This document shows, one piece after another, positions 36,413-48,234 of a stretch of 64,000 bases of DNA (the first letter of the stretch is position 1; every line of letters begins with the position of its first letter). The translations under genes were made by a program, and so were the position numbers. Below the pieces are notes generated by a model, which did no database searches, was not told the DNA's origin, and worked only from the letters and a program-made list of their open reading frames with translations. The stretch is taken from positions 334,426 through 398,425 of the forward strand of contig JBAYGT010000001.1 of NCBI GenBank assembly GCA_041666525.1, read 5' to 3'. The stretch is from Negativicutes bacterium (lineage in GTDB: Bacteria > Bacillota > Negativicutes > JBAXTZ01).

Positions 36413-37312
36413 TTACAAACCTGTTTCAGCGTGTATGTATTTGCGCGCCTTGATCGCATATTCTAAGGGATTGGCTTTCACAGGATCTTGCTCAGCTTCG
36501 ACCAACATCCAGCCGCCATAATTATTCGCTGACAGCACCCCGAACACCGCCGGAAAATCAACACAGCCATCACCGGGAACTGTAAATACGCCGGCAATAA
36601 CACCCTGCAGAAAACTCATTTTTTCGGTCTTTACCTTCGCCAAAACGTCCGCTCGTATATCTTTCAAGTGAACATGCTTTACCCGTTTGATATGTTTTTT
36701 CAATACTTCGGTCGGGTTCTCGCCGGAAAAATAGAAGTGACCGGTATCAAACAACAAGAAAACTTTTTCCTGATCAGTGTTTGTCATGAGCCGGTCGACT
36801 TCGGCAGCCGTCTGTACTCCCGTTCCCATGTGATGATGAAAAGTAACGGTTATCCCTCTCTGAGCTGCCACGTCGGCCAGTCGATTCAGTCCATCGCAAA
36901 GCTTCGTCCACTCTTCGTCGGAAAAGATTGGTTTGTTATCAAATATCGCGGTGTTCATTTGCCCTTGAATACTGTGGCTTTGTTCAGAAATCCCTACACG
37001 GGTGGCTCCCATAGCAGCCAAGAAATCAACCTGTTTGATAAATTCGGCTTCGACTTCGGCGTAAGGCCGAGTTGCCAAGAAAGACGAAAACCAAGCGTTG
37101 CATATCTGTAGTCCGCGCAAATCTAACGCCGCTTTTAAAACCCTAGTATCCCGAGGATATTTACTGCCAACTTCACAGCCCGCGAAACCAGCCAGCGCCA
37201 TTTCACTGACACATTGCTCAAAAGAAGTGCTCCCACCTAACAAGTGCGGCACGTCGTCGTTCGTCCAGGCAATCGGTGCGATTCCCAGCTTCACTTCGTT
37301 TTTTGTAAACAT
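36413..37312 (-). CDS. iolE: Inosose dehydratase (myo-inosose-2 dehydratase) IolE
   Basis: 299 aa, colinear with B. subtilis IolE ([40 protein letters not shown]). Confidence 0.9.
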   Translation of the reverse strand: MFTKNEVKLGIAPIAWTNDDVPHLLGGSTSFEQCVSEMALAGFAGCEVGSKYPRDTRVLKAALDLRGLQICNAWFSSFLATRPYAEVEAEFIKQVDFLAAMGATRVGISEQSHSIQGQMNTAIFDNKPIFSDEEWTKLCDGLNRLADVAAQRGITVTFHHHMGTGVQTAAEVDRLMTNTDQEKVFLLFDTGHFYFSGENPTEVLKKHIKRVKHVHLKDIRADVLAKVKTEKMSFLQGVIAGVFTVPGDGCVDFPAVFGVLSANNYGGWMLVEAEQDPVKANPLEYAIKARKYIHAETGL

Positions 37313-37362
37313 TTTTCCTCCAAAATTTCATTTTTACAGCCTTGACTCAGGGTTAATGCCAC

Positions 37363-38373
37363 TTATTGTTGAACTTTGACCGGTTTTCCAGTGCGCGCGG
37401 ATTCGGTAGCGGCAATTGCGATCAATACCGGTTTAAGCCCATCCAAGCCACAGACTGGGGTCGGGCTATCGTTTGCTACGGCTTCAAAAAATTCTCGCAT
37501 TTCGTTGGCAAAGGAATCCATATAGCGTTCCAGGAAGAAATATTTCGGTTTCTCTGCTGTTACTCCGTCGTTATTGCTGATTACTAACGTTGACAATGTA
37601 TCGTTTTCGGTGTGAATTCCAGCTTTAGTTCCTAGCACTTCGATCCGCTGATCGTAGCCATAAATTGCTTTGCGGCAATTATCAATCAATCCGATTGCAC
37701 CGTTGGCAAATTTCAACGATACTAACGCCGTGTCAATGTCACCGGCTTCGCCGATTGCCGGGTCAACGGTACAAGCAGCGTTAGCGTAAACTTCAACAAC
37801 TTCGCTGCCCGTCAAATAGCGCGCCATGTCAAAATCATGAATGGTCATATCAAAAAACATGCCGCCGGAAACTTTTACGTACTCCACCGGGGGCGGAGCC
37901 GGATCGCGCGAAGTTATTTTAACGATTTGCAATTCACCGACGCGGCCATCCACTATTGCCTGACGCGCAGCGCGGAAATTATGGTCGAAACGGCGATTAA
38001 AGCCAATTTGGAATTTTACTTTGGCTGCTTCGACTGCTTCTAGCACTGCTTGAATACGATCGACATCATAATCAATCGGTTTTTCGCAGAAAATATGTTT
38101 GCCGGCATTGGCCGCTTCGATACTAATCGGAGCGTGGGTATTGGTCGACGAACAGATGATAACGGCCTCAATCGCCGGATCGTTGATGATTTGTTTATAA
38201 TCAGTGTAGGCAACTTCGATTCCTAGTCCTTTAGCCCAATCCCGTTGACCGTCAATAAACGGGTCGGCAACCGCTTTAACAACAACATTTGGGAAATTTT
38301 TGACAATGTTCTCAGTGTGCAATTTGCCAATTCGTCCAGTACCAATGATTCCAATAACTAGTTTTTTGTTCAT
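37363..38373 (-). CDS. iolG: Gfo/Idh/MocA oxidoreductase, probable inositol 2-dehydrogenase IolG
   Basis: N-terminal Rossmann motif IGIIGTGRIGKLH and FCEKP. Sits in an operon context with iolE/D/B. Confidence 0.7.
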   Translation of the reverse strand: MNKKLVIGIIGTGRIGKLHTENIVKNFPNVVVKAVADPFIDGQRDWAKGLGIEVAYTDYKQIINDPAIEAVIICSSTNTHAPISIEAANAGKHIFCEKPIDYDVDRIQAVLEAVEAAKVKFQIGFNRRFDHNFRAARQAIVDGRVGELQIVKITSRDPAPPPVEYVKVSGGMFFDMTIHDFDMARYLTGSEVVEVYANAACTVDPAIGEAGDIDTALVSLKFANGAIGLIDNCRKAIYGYDQRIEVLGTKAGIHTENDTLSTLVISNNDGVTAEKPKYFFLERYMDSFANEMREFFEAVANDSPTPVCGLDGLKPVLIAIAATESARTGKPVKVQQ

Positions 38374-38434
38374 AATTTTTTCCTACCTCATATTTATTTC
38401 TTAACTAACCTTTTTCTGTAATAATCAGATCCAA

Positions 38435-40294
38435 TCAATACTTTCGCGCCTTCGCCAATTCTGCTTTCATTTCGCTGCTTGCGGCTAAGACTGAGTTTTT
38501 GGCGTTACATTCCGGAACACCGACATGCCACCAGGCACCATAACCGCCAGTCATCGTTTTCGGCAAGACCTTAATGTCAATCAGTGTTGACCGGGTTTGC
38601 TTCTTTGCATCCATCAGTGCAGCAAGTAACTCCTCGGCATTTGTGGCGCGATAGGCAATCACGCCCATACCTTCAGCAATTTTTGCATAATCAGTCTTAA
38701 TGTACTCGCCATCCATTCTACCACTGAGCTCGCTACGATAACGAAACTCGGTACCAAAACTGCCAATACCCATAGCACACTGTAAATTGTTTATGCAGCC
38801 AAATCCCCAATTGTCAAACAACAGTACGTTTATTTTGGCATGTTCCTGTAGCGAGGTAAATAATTCAGAAGATGCCATCTGAAAACTGCCATCGCCGACA
38901 AAAGTATATACTTCCTGTCCACTGTTTGCCGCCAGTTTCGCGCCAAGTGCACCGTTTACTTCATATCCCATAGTCGAAAAACCATATTCCATATGGTAAG
39001 TACTAAGCTGTTCACTGCGCCAAACCCGCTGCAAATCACCGGGCAGACTTCCGCTTGAACCGACCGCGATGTCCCCTGGATTCAGCATTCCGGCAATTAC
39101 TCCTAATGCCTCCGTCTGAGCAAAACCATTTTCACATTTAATCGCATATAACCGCTGTAATTCAACTTCCCATGCAGTTTGTACTTCTTCAATCTCGCCG
39201 GCATAACCGGCGCAGTATTGTCTGCCAATCAGTGAATCTGTTAGTCCTCGCAACGCCATCCGAGCATCAGCTTCGACGCTGACTTCTGCATCCAACTTGT
39301 GACTGTCAAAATCATTAACGTTAATCGTTACAAACTGCACCGCTGGGTTGCAGAACAACGATTTCGATGCCGTAGTGAAATCGGAAAACCGCGTACCGAT
39401 ACCAATTACGACATCGGCTTCTTTCGCGATGGTATTTGCCGCCAAATTGCCGGTTACACCGATACCACCAAGATTGTAAGGATGTTTCCAGCTGACCGCG
39501 CTCTTGCCGGCTTGAGTTTCAGCAAAAGGAATATTGAATTTTTCGGCAAATTCGGCAAGTTCAACTCCTGCTTCAGAATAAACTACACCGCCACCACAAA
39601 CAATTAGCGGCTTTTTCGCATTGACAATCAGTTCTGTAGCTGCTGCAATCGCCCGCGCCGTCGGCATTCTCCGATCGATATTCCAAACGCGCCGGCGGAA
39701 AAATTCTTCCGGATAGTCATAGCTCATCGCTTGCACATCCTGAGGAATTGCCACAGTGACCGCACCGGTCGCTGCCGGATCGGTCAATACCCGCAAGGCG
39801 TTCAACATCGCCGTCATCAGTTGTTCCGGACGCTCCACGCGATCCCAATACTTTGACACTGGTTTAAAAGCATCGTTGCAAGTAATCGCGGCGCTGTGCG
39901 GATTTTCCAATTGCTGTAATACCGGATCAGGCTGACGGCTGGCGAACGCATCACCCGGTAGCAACAACAGCGGAATCCGGTTGACAGACGCGCAAGCGGC
40001 GGCAGTAACCATATTCATCGCCCCCGGCCCGATGCTCGACGTGCAAGCAATTATTTTACGTCGCCGCGACTGTTTGGCAAACGCCATTGCCGCCAACGCC
40101 ATACCCTGTTCATTCCGCCCCTGATAAAACCGGATATCGCCGCGATAGGCTTCGAGCGCCTCGCCTAAGCCAACTACGCAACCATGTCCAAATATTCCAA
40201 ACACGCCATGCACAAACTTGGTTTCAACACTGTCAAATTCTACATACTGGTTATCCAAAAATTGCAGCAACGCCTGTGCCATTGTCATTTTCAT
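38435..40294 (-). CDS. iolD: 3D-(3,5/4)-trihydroxycyclohexane-1,2-dione acylhydrolase IolD (ThDP enzyme)
   Basis: Start set to the ATG at 40294 (AAGGAG upstream), giving [21 protein letters not shown]..., colinear with B. subtilis IolD. Has the ThDP motif GDGSF...N. The 60-aa extension in the track has no support. Confidence 0.9.
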   Translation of the reverse strand: MKMTMAQALLQFLDNQYVEFDSVETKFVHGVFGIFGHGCVVGLGEALEAYRGDIRFYQGRNEQGMALAAMAFAKQSRRRKIIACTSSIGPGAMNMVTAAACASVNRIPLLLLPGDAFASRQPDPVLQQLENPHSAAITCNDAFKPVSKYWDRVERPEQLMTAMLNALRVLTDPAATGAVTVAIPQDVQAMSYDYPEEFFRRRVWNIDRRMPTARAIAAATELIVNAKKPLIVCGGGVVYSEAGVELAEFAEKFNIPFAETQAGKSAVSWKHPYNLGGIGVTGNLAANTIAKEADVVIGIGTRFSDFTTASKSLFCNPAVQFVTINVNDFDSHKLDAEVSVEADARMALRGLTDSLIGRQYCAGYAGEIEEVQTAWEVELQRLYAIKCENGFAQTEALGVIAGMLNPGDIAVGSSGSLPGDLQRVWRSEQLSTYHMEYGFSTMGYEVNGALGAKLAANSGQEVYTFVGDGSFQMASSELFTSLQEHAKINVLLFDNWGFGCINNLQCAMGIGSFGTEFRYRSELSGRMDGEYIKTDYAKIAEGMGVIAYRATNAEELLAALMDAKKQTRSTLIDIKVLPKTMTGGYGAWWHVGVPECNAKNSVLAASSEMKAELAKARKY

Positions 40295-40307
40295 AAAATT
40301 CTCCTTT

Positions 40308-41105
40308 TCAGCAATCGTAGGGCCAAATCTTGGCATCCTTTTCGAGTACCCAAGTATGTTCCGGCACAAAAGTTGGCGTAATATACGGATTTCCGTCCAG
40401 GTGACGAATCGCCCAGATATAATACATCGCGTAGCCTGGAGCAGTAGTCTGGGGATGTGTCTCGCCGCGAACAATTTTCACCGTGTCATTATTGCGGAGT
40501 TTGACCACATCTTCGCCAAGCTCGCAAAAACCATAACCATTTTCCGGCAGAAATTTATAGAAATAAATCTCCGGCTGCGGATGATGGTGCGGCGGATAAC
40601 TCGACCATTTTCCTGGAAAATCAATTACCTCGCCAATGACCAGCTTCGAATACGGCGCATTACTATAATCGAATACGGTCCGCACAATTCGTGTCGACGT
40701 CTCGCGCATCGTTCCCTGTCCGCGCTTTTCCGAAGCACATTCACTCGGTGGATAAAGTTTGGCAGAAAACTCCGTGTCATTTTCGGTACGGGTTATGCTG
40801 ATTTCGCTGTTGGCGCCTACCCCGGTTACTGTAACGCCGACATTCTTCGGAACGTGGAGTACCCAGGGGTCACAGTCAAAACAATTTTCCCGGCTGATCG
40901 TTTCAGTCTTTCCTGACCAAGTTAATCGGACTTCACCGCTAATCAACAAATAGGCCTTCTCGAGCAGACGATTGTCGGCATAACTCATACCGGCCGCCAG
41001 GCGCAATATACCGAAATCCATCAGCGTATTGTTTGTTTGTTCGTCAACTGTTGTAATAGTAGTATAGCCGTATTGCAGTGGTTCGTGCTGTCGGATCCGT
41101 TTCAT
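40308..41105 (-). CDS. iolB: 5-deoxy-glucuronate isomerase IolB
   Basis: 265 aa with the cupin motif [11 protein letters not shown] and a C-terminus ending in [10 protein letters not shown], as in IolB. Confidence 0.85.
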   Translation of the reverse strand: MKRIRQHEPLQYGYTTITTVDEQTNNTLMDFGILRLAAGMSYADNRLLEKAYLLISGEVRLTWSGKTETISRENCFDCDPWVLHVPKNVGVTVTGVGANSEISITRTENDTEFSAKLYPPSECASEKRGQGTMRETSTRIVRTVFDYSNAPYSKLVIGEVIDFPGKWSSYPPHHHPQPEIYFYKFLPENGYGFCELGEDVVKLRNNDTVKIVRGETHPQTTAPGYAMYYIWAIRHLDGNPYITPTFVPEHTWVLEKDAKIWPYDC

Positions 41106-42355
41106 CGCTTCCCCTTTTTCATCGCTGTAATAAGCGGCATTTCAACGCCGGATAAAAACCGTACCATTGCCCCGCCGGCGGTGCAAACATAATTTATTTT
41201 GCTAATATCAATGAATTTTTGCGCGGCGGACACGGTATCGCCGCCTCCGATAACCGAATAGCCTTTGGCTTCAGCGATTGCTTTCCAGATTTCGCGGGTA
41301 CCGTTTTCGAACAGCGGATTCTCGTAGATACCTGCTGGGCCGTTCACAAAAATTGTGCCCGCTGACTGCAGTTCGCGCTTGAATATTTCGATAGTCTTAC
41401 TCCCCATATCCGCGAACAACGCTTCTGCCGGCAATTTCTCTATCGCAATTTCTGCACGTTTTCCCTCTAGCTCATATGCCAAGTCCTGAGGAAAAATTAT
41501 CCGGTCGCCGAAACGCGCCAGGTAGTCTTTGGCAGGTGCAACGAATACATCTAGAGAACGGTCGCTGATAAATTTAGCGTTTTTTTCGCCGAGATCGTAT
41601 CCACTCGCCATCAACATAATATTGCCGGTCACACCGCAGGTCAGAATTCTATCAGCACTGCCATTTTCCAACACTTGCTTCATCATACCAAAAGCATCGC
41701 TGATTTTTAATCCGCCAAGCACAAACACCGCCGGACGTTCCGGGCAGCGCATAACTTTGGTCAGCGCGGTAATTTCCTTCATCATTAGTTCACCGCCGCA
41801 GGACGGCAGTACTTCCTGAAAAGCCACCATCGACGGCGCGTCGCGGTGGGCTGCGGCAAAAGCATCATTGACATATAAATCAAACAACGGCGCCAGTTTA
41901 CGTACCAGCCATGTCTTAGTCATTTCGTTTGCCGTCAGCTTTACAGCAGCTTCGAAAGACGAAACTTCCTCGGTCAAATAGCGCAAATTACCAAGAAAGA
42001 TTATTTCGCCCGGCTTCAGTTCCTGAACCGCCGCCAGCGCCGCCGGGCCGCAGACATCGTCGATGTATTTAACCGGATGCCCGAGTTTTGTTCCCAGCTT
42101 TTCTGCATGTTCATTCATTGCAATCAAATTATGGTAGTCCAGCGTATCGCCCTGATGAGCAATTATTGCAATCGCGCAATTTTGCTCAAGCAGATATTTA
42201 AGAGTTGGCAAACTTTTGTCAATACGATTTTCGCTGGTGATTTTCCCGGTCACAGGATTAATCGGCGAATTTACATCCAAACGCAACAATACTTTTTTGT
42301 TGCACAGATCGATATCACTCATCAAAGCGATACCAGTTTCGACTCTCACTTCCAT
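41102..42355 (-). CDS. Archaeal-type phosphoglycerate kinase homolog
   Basis: 417 aa with PGK motifs RLDVNSP, IIAHQG, GNLRY..EE, NDAFAAAHR and GGGDT. Its stop overlaps the iolB start (ATGA), and its start overlaps the GAPDH stop by 10 nt. The start could alternatively be the internal ATG at 42322. Confidence 0.8.
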   Translation of the reverse strand: MEVRVETGIALMSDIDLCNKKVLLRLDVNSPINPVTGKITSENRIDKSLPTLKYLLEQNCAIAIIAHQGDTLDYHNLIAMNEHAEKLGTKLGHPVKYIDDVCGPAALAAVQELKPGEIIFLGNLRYLTEEVSSFEAAVKLTANEMTKTWLVRKLAPLFDLYVNDAFAAAHRDAPSMVAFQEVLPSCGGELMMKEITALTKVMRCPERPAVFVLGGLKISDAFGMMKQVLENGSADRILTCGVTGNIMLMASGYDLGEKNAKFISDRSLDVFVAPAKDYLARFGDRIIFPQDLAYELEGKRAEIAIEKLPAEALFADMGSKTIEIFKRELQSAGTIFVNGPAGIYENPLFENGTREIWKAIAEAKGYSVIGGGDTVSAAQKFIDISKINYVCTAGGAMVRFLSGVEMPLITAMKKGKR

Positions 42356-43368
42356 TTACCTAACCCCAAATATTTATTAGTTTCGGCAACGCCGCAGTCT
42401 CGACGCTCCTGCATTCCCATAAGAGCGCGAATTCCGTCAATAGTCTCCGGAATAGTGACCGCTTCTTGAGGAATATTTATTGCAAACATGATATCGTCAC
42501 CACTATTTACAATCGTCTCATCCCAAACAGCAATTTCGTACATATCACCGCGCGGATTACCAAGATCACGAGCATAACGGAACAACGATGCATTGCCTAA
42601 GAACCCGTCTTCAAGCTTCACAATACGAATTCGGTCATGCTCAGCAAAAGCTTCCAACACTTCTTGCTTACCAATTTTTTGCTTCGGCGTGGCCAGCACC
42701 GTAATGATATGCCCGTGGGTTATCGGAGTGTGCACCAAAATTCCAGTTGCGTTAACATGTGGCATGATCGTCATCAGATCCAACGCCTGATGGCTCGGTG
42801 CTTTATCGACTTGGAGCGCATTAGTCAAACCGCGGTGATAATCACCAGGATCGGCAACGCGGCGAATAATTGTTATTGCGACCTTTTCGATACCGTATTT
42901 CCTGTCCAGACAATCAACCGCGCGAATCAGACCGGTTGTGTTGCAAGACGTGAGCTTGAGAAAATCTGCACCAACCCCTTTTTCAAAATTGGCATAACCG
43001 TGAAAAAACACATCAGCTACAGAGTTTTGTTCACCCCCTTGGAAAATTGCTTTTTTGCCGTATTTCTTATATAGTTCCTTGTTCTTCGCACCAACACCGG
43101 CTGATGTGGCATCGAGTAACACGTCACACTGCTGCACGAGATCTTCCAACGTGCCGCTAACAGGAATATTAAGGGCGGCAAACTGCGGTTTATTTGCAGG
43201 AACTGCTAAAAACAAGTTATAGGGCATGCCTTTTTCTCTTAATGCCCGCACTGCCAGTGTTGGCGATACATCCGCGACACCGACCAACTGCATATCGCCT
43301 TGACGTGCAACACCATCTGCCAACCGTTGACCGATTACTCCATAACCAACTACTCCAACTTTTACCAT
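42346..43368 (-). CDS. Type II (archaeal-type) glyceraldehyde-3-phosphate dehydrogenase homolog
   Basis: MVKVGVVGYGVIGQRLADGV, AIFQGGE, active-site SCNTTGL, RRVADP, PSHQ and EIAVWDE are colinear with archaeal GAPDH (for example the Methanothermus type). Start at the ATG at 43368 (GGAGG upstream). Confidence 0.85.
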   Translation of the reverse strand: MVKVGVVGYGVIGQRLADGVARQGDMQLVGVADVSPTLAVRALREKGMPYNLFLAVPANKPQFAALNIPVSGTLEDLVQQCDVLLDATSAGVGAKNKELYKKYGKKAIFQGGEQNSVADVFFHGYANFEKGVGADFLKLTSCNTTGLIRAVDCLDRKYGIEKVAITIIRRVADPGDYHRGLTNALQVDKAPSHQALDLMTIMPHVNATGILVHTPITHGHIITVLATPKQKIGKQEVLEAFAEHDRIRIVKLEDGFLGNASLFRYARDLGNPRGDMYEIAVWDETIVNSGDDIMFAINIPQEAVTIPETIDGIRALMGMQERRDCGVAETNKYLGLGKWK

Positions 43369-43384
43369 AAAATCCTCCAAAATA

Positions 43385-44658
43385 TTATTGTTTTTCTTGT
43401 TCTAACTTAACCATTTTATCCCGCAGCAGACAGCTGCTGGCGAAACCAACCGCTGATGCCACAACCATTAACATAAAAACGTAACTATATCCTTGTTTGC
43501 CAGGAAATTCATCAATCAACCATCCTATCAGCCAATACGTCCAAAACGCCGGCGAATAGCCGATAATTGATGCAATCGACATCGCCGCGCCGCTCATTTC
43601 GTGCGGTACACCCATCTCGCCGATTGGTGCGAAATAAACGCCACGCAACATATAGCAGGCTATCGATACTATGACAAACAAAATCATCAACGGCCAAGCA
43701 AATGTTTGTTCAACAGGCATCGCAGTTATCACCAGCGTAACCAGCCCAAGCAGTAGAAAAAACACCCGCATTAAGTGCGCTGAAGACTGAAATACAGTAT
43801 CACCCATCAATCCGCCAACCGGACTAGACAACATTCGTACTCCTGAAGAATTCATAAGAGCGAAAAATGCGATCGTGGATAAAGGCAGTTTGTAAACATC
43901 CTGCAAAAACGGCGCAAAATACATCAAACAAATGTAAATGACGTACACGCAACCGGCATTGACACCAATCAGCCAGACACTTCGCATTTTTGCTGCTTGC
44001 AGCAAACCAATCGATGCTTTCTTGTTTTTTTCGCAATTATTGGCACCGGTTATTCCATCTGGAGGTAGCACCAACCAGGCAACAACTGCAGCCACGGACA
44101 TCAAAACAATATTTATCGCCACCGCCGCCTTGATTCCGAACAGCGATTGTCCCAACCAACTGATCGCCGCAACTACAATAAGGTTAGTTACCAACTCCAC
44201 GACACCGCGAACCAATTCAAGCGCGCCGAAAGCGGTTGCCTGTTTGTCATCAGGGGCGATGCAGCGTACGCTGCGTAGAACCGCTGTCCAAAACACCGCT
44301 TCTTTAGTAACTCCGAACACACAAAATATCAGCACCAGCGTTGTATAACCGACATTGAACAACAACAGCGCACTGAGCAACGCAGTAATTAGTGTATTAA
44401 CCAATAGCAGCCAGCGGTTAGAAAACCGATTCACCAGCCAGCCTGCCGGTCCGTACGCCAACAACTGCACAATACCAGTCAACGAATATAAGAATCCGAT
44501 TTCGGCGAATGACACGCCCAGCATCTCCCGATAGGAGTTAAACACAACATTACGCATTGCATCAACTGAATAAATCAACTGACTGCAGAGCGCGACCGCG
44601 ATGAACCTGATTAATGTCGTCCGATCAAAACCGAGTTTCTTAATAATATTCATTGCCA
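43385..44658 (-). CDS. MFS transporter
   Basis: About 12 TM helices with MFS-like loop motifs. The start is ambiguous among 44668 (TTG), 44658 and 44653 (ATG). Confidence 0.7.
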
Positions 44659-44696
44659 TCAACCGCAAACCGATTATTCATCTTCACCAACAATTG

Positions 44697-45926
44697 CTAT
44701 TTTTTCGCAGCCAATCGTGCGATCGTATTTTCTCGCACCATCTCAGGTGTAATGTCCGTCTTACGGGCGATGCCAGAATCCAAGGCGCATTTGGCTACTG
44801 CTGCTGCAACAGCCGGAGCTACTCGCAAATCAAAAGCCGCCGGAATAACATAATTTTCGTTCAACCCATCACTTTCAGCTATTGAAGCAATCGCCATCGC
44901 AGCTGCTAGCTTCATTTCTTCAGTAATTTGAGCTGCCCTTACATCCAGCGCGCCGCGGAATATCCCCGGAAACGCCAACACATTATTAACCTGATTTGGA
45001 AAATCCGAACGGCCGGTTCCGACAATGCGCGCGCCACCGGCTTTGGCATCATCCGGCATGATTTCTGGCGTTGGATTTGCCATCGCAAACACAATAGCAT
45101 CTTTATTCATGGATTGAACCATTTCCTTGTTGATCAATCCCGCCGCGGATACTCCGATAATAACGTCAGCTCCGCTCATGATTTCTGCAAGACTACCATC
45201 ACGGTTGCCAAAATTAGTAATTTTCGCTAGCTCAGCCTGGGCAGAATTCGCTGCATTTGTTTTGGTAACAGCACCTTGTTTGTCGCAAGCAACGATGTTT
45301 TTTGCACCGGCTCGCAGCAAAAGTTTCATTACTGATATTCCGGCAGAACCGGTACCACTGACAACAATATTTACTTCACCAAGGCTTTTTTTGATTACTT
45401 TTAACGCATTCATTATGCCAGCAAGAACAACTATTGCAGTACCATGCTGATCATCATGAAAAACCGGGATGTTGCAAATTTCCTTGAGTTTACTCTCAAT
45501 GTAGAAACATTCCGGAGCTTTGATGTCCTCAAGATTAATTCCACCCCAAGTCGGTTCCATTAGTTTTACGACTTCAATAATTTTATCCGGATCTTTAGTA
45601 TCTAGACATATCGGAAACGCATCGACATCAGCAAATGCCTTGAACAGCACAGCTTTTCCTTCCATAACCGGCAACCCGGCACCAGCGCCGATATCTCCCA
45701 AGCCGAGCACCGCTGTTCCATTGGTTACAACGGCAACCCAATTACCCTTTGCTGTATAGTCATAGATTTTATCGAAATCGCGATTTATTTCCAAACAAGG
45801 TTCCGCTACGCCGGGAGTGTATGCCAGGGTCATATCTTCACTGGTCTTGACCGGCACTTTACAGTGCAAAGCGATTTTTCCCTGATTGTCTTTGTGAAAC
45901 TTTAGCGCGCGCTCTTTTAGTGTCAT
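44697..45926 (-). CDS. NAD(P)-dependent malic enzyme (short prokaryotic type)
   Basis: 409 aa with [32 protein letters not shown] and GTGSAG. Confidence 0.85.
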   Translation of the reverse strand: MTLKERALKFHKDNQGKIALHCKVPVKTSEDMTLAYTPGVAEPCLEINRDFDKIYDYTAKGNWVAVVTNGTAVLGLGDIGAGAGLPVMEGKAVLFKAFADVDAFPICLDTKDPDKIIEVVKLMEPTWGGINLEDIKAPECFYIESKLKEICNIPVFHDDQHGTAIVVLAGIMNALKVIKKSLGEVNIVVSGTGSAGISVMKLLLRAGAKNIVACDKQGAVTKTNAANSAQAELAKITNFGNRDGSLAEIMSGADVIIGVSAAGLINKEMVQSMNKDAIVFAMANPTPEIMPDDAKAGGARIVGTGRSDFPNQVNNVLAFPGIFRGALDVRAAQITEEMKLAAAMAIASIAESDGLNENYVIPAAFDLRVAPAVAAAVAKCALDSGIARKTDITPEMVRENTIARLAAKK

Positions 45927-45936
45927 TGTTACCTCT

Positions 45937-46770
45937 TTATTTCGTCATATACCTTGTAATCATATCGTCAGTGTAGCGCTTGCCGAGCGCTATCGTTTGC
46001 TCAGCATCCAATTCCCAGTATTCTGGCCGAAAAAGCTCGATGGAAGCCATTTCACTATATCCTATTTCCTTCAAAGCTCCGAATATTGCTTCGAGATCCA
46101 CCGCGCCGGCTCCCGGCCAAACTCGATGATTATCACGCAACCAGCCATGTGGCAAGTCTTCACAGTCATCCAGATGGAAAACGAATATTTTCTTCGGATC
46201 GGCCGTTTTTAGCGCCGCGATTTTCGATTTCATGGCGTGGAAATGGAAGCAGTCCAAAACTATGCCCACATTATTCAAGCCAACCTGCTCGACAATCTTG
46301 TAAGCCTCTTCAAAACAGTTTACTGAACAATTCGGATAACCGACAAACTCAAAAGCCAAATCAACATTGTACCCCGCAGCAATTGCTCCCAGTTCGCGCA
46401 ACCGGTTTACTGACTCGGTAGCAATTTCGGTTAGGGTTTTATCGCCAACATCAAAAGTTGGCACAACAACAATCTTATGACAATTAATTTTAGCGCCGGT
46501 TTCGCAGAGAAATCTCAGATCGGCGAGTATTTGAGCGTACCCGACCTCATCGCGAAAAATTATGAACTCCAGCGCATTGAATGCGTAAGGTTTGAGATGA
46601 GATTTTTCAAAAAAATCCATCAACTCTTTCACCGTATACATTTGCAAATATTCGCGAAGTTTGTCAAGGCGGATTTCGATGTAATCATAGCCGTGTTTTT
46701 CGCAAAGTTCCAAATCTTTCAGCAAGGTGCTGTTATTTAGTGTAGTAGCCTGATTAAAACAAGTTTTCAC
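45937..46770 (-). CDS. Xylose-isomerase-like TIM-barrel protein (sugar phosphate isomerase/epimerase; IolI/IolH-like)
   Basis: 277 aa with a GTG start after AGGAGA. The fold-family pattern includes GYDYIEI, conserved His/Asp/Glu positions (HFH, HLDD) and IELF. Confidence 0.65.
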   Translation of the reverse strand: MKTCFNQATTLNNSTLLKDLELCEKHGYDYIEIRLDKLREYLQMYTVKELMDFFEKSHLKPYAFNALEFIIFRDEVGYAQILADLRFLCETGAKINCHKIVVVPTFDVGDKTLTEIATESVNRLRELGAIAAGYNVDLAFEFVGYPNCSVNCFEEAYKIVEQVGLNNVGIVLDCFHFHAMKSKIAALKTADPKKIFVFHLDDCEDLPHGWLRDNHRVWPGAGAVDLEAIFGALKEIGYSEMASIELFRPEYWELDAEQTIALGKRYTDDMITRYMTK

Positions 46771-46785
46771 AGTTTGTCTCCTAAA

Positions 46786-48210
46786 TTATTGTTCGTGTCC
46801 GAGTTCAAGAACCGGACGGCCATTCTCAAGATTTTTCTCAATAGTTTCGAGCGAAACTCCTTTGGTTTCCGGTACATAGAATCTGGTGAATAATATTACC
46901 ACTAAACACATTCCGCCATACAGCCAAAATGCAGTAGCAATACCAAACACGCTCAGTATCGGAAGAAACGTCATCGATACAACGAAGTTGGCCAACCACT
47001 GAATTCCCGACACAAAACTCATACCAATACTACGGATTTTCAATGGATAAATCTCGGAAATTATCAACCAAAACAGTGACCCAATACTAACCGCGTAACC
47101 AGCAATATAAGTTACCATAAGCACCACTGACATAACTTTCGACAACTCTGACACCTGCCCCTCAGCGTTGTACGACAGAAAGCCAAGAACCATCAGACTC
47201 ACAAAGGCTACAAGCATACCGTTTAACATCAGCTTTTTACGTCCCCAGCGATCGACGGTAAACATCACGAATATTGACGCGAAAAAGTTGACTAACCCCA
47301 TGCCAAAAGTAGCGAGAATCTCAGCGCTCGCACCTGACAAACCAACATTTTTGAAAATATACGGTCCGTAATACATCACTGTATTGATACCAACAAACTG
47401 CTGCAGAATACCCAACGCCAAACCAATTATCAACACCGGACGAGCTGTTTTGGAAAACAGTTCTCTGTAACCGCCGTGTTGAATTTTAAAGCTCTCTTCA
47501 ATTTCTTGTATCTCTGGTTGAACACGATCAGCGTCGCGAATCTTTCCAAGAATTGTAATTGCTTGAGCCCTACGGCATTTCATCATTAGCCAGCGCGGTG
47601 AATCAGGTAGAAAAAATGCTCCCAACAACAGTATCAGCGCCGGAATTATCGCAACTCCTAGCATCATCCGCCAATTACCGCTCTGCGTAAAATAATAATC
47701 CGAAAGAAACGAAATCGCTTGTGCCCCGGTTATCGCGACACCATTAAGCATGACCATCGTACCACGTTTCTCAGGCACGGATATTTCCGCAATGTAAAGC
47801 GGCACAGTATAAGATGCTATACCAATAGCTACACCTAGTATGAACCGACCGACGGTGAGCACTTCCGTATTATTAGCGAACGCACACATCAATGTACCGA
47901 CAATAAAGGTTATCGAACAATATATTAATGTCATCCTCCGGCCAAATTTATTAGTCAGAACGCCGCTGGTTATACATCCAAAAAAAGCCCCAAGAACAGT
48001 TGCGCTTACGATCATACTTATTTGCAGAACTGTCGGTTTAAAAGCTTCCTCAATAAATGATAAAGCGCCCGATATCACACCCGTGTCGAAACCGAACAGA
48101 AAACCGCCTACTGCAGCCATAACAGCAACAAACCACATAAATCTACGAACTTTGGCATCCTTGATTGAATAATTGCTAACTGAACCCTTGACAATTTTTA
48201 TTTCCGCCAT
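46786..48210 (-). CDS. Sugar-porter-family MFS transporter (IolT-like inositol/sugar:H+ symporter)
   Basis: GRR motif (KFGRRM), PDSPRWL and PETKG, which are the sugar-porter signatures. Start at the ATG at 48210 (GGAGGG upstream). Confidence 0.8.
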   Translation of the reverse strand: MAEIKIVKGSVSNYSIKDAKVRRFMWFVAVMAAVGGFLFGFDTGVISGALSFIEEAFKPTVLQISMIVSATVLGAFFGCITSGVLTNKFGRRMTLIYCSITFIVGTLMCAFANNTEVLTVGRFILGVAIGIASYTVPLYIAEISVPEKRGTMVMLNGVAITGAQAISFLSDYYFTQSGNWRMMLGVAIIPALILLLGAFFLPDSPRWLMMKCRRAQAITILGKIRDADRVQPEIQEIEESFKIQHGGYRELFSKTARPVLIIGLALGILQQFVGINTVMYYGPYIFKNVGLSGASAEILATFGMGLVNFFASIFVMFTVDRWGRKKLMLNGMLVAFVSLMVLGFLSYNAEGQVSELSKVMSVVLMVTYIAGYAVSIGSLFWLIISEIYPLKIRSIGMSFVSGIQWLANFVVSMTFLPILSVFGIATAFWLYGGMCLVVILFTRFYVPETKGVSLETIEKNLENGRPVLELGHEQ

Positions 48211-48234
48211 TTTTCCCTCCACGGCATAGCCGTA

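Noticed and set aside
40295-40474. N-terminal extensions in the ORF track: IolD to 40474, MccB-like to 53566, permeases to 32419 and 55903, GAPDH to 43380, IolT-like to 48222, and others.
   Set aside because: In each case an internal ATG (or GTG) with a good Shine-Dalgarno sequence gives an N-terminus matching the protein family. The upstream alternative start is a TTG/GTG lying in or upstream of that RBS, or it would overlap the preceding gene.
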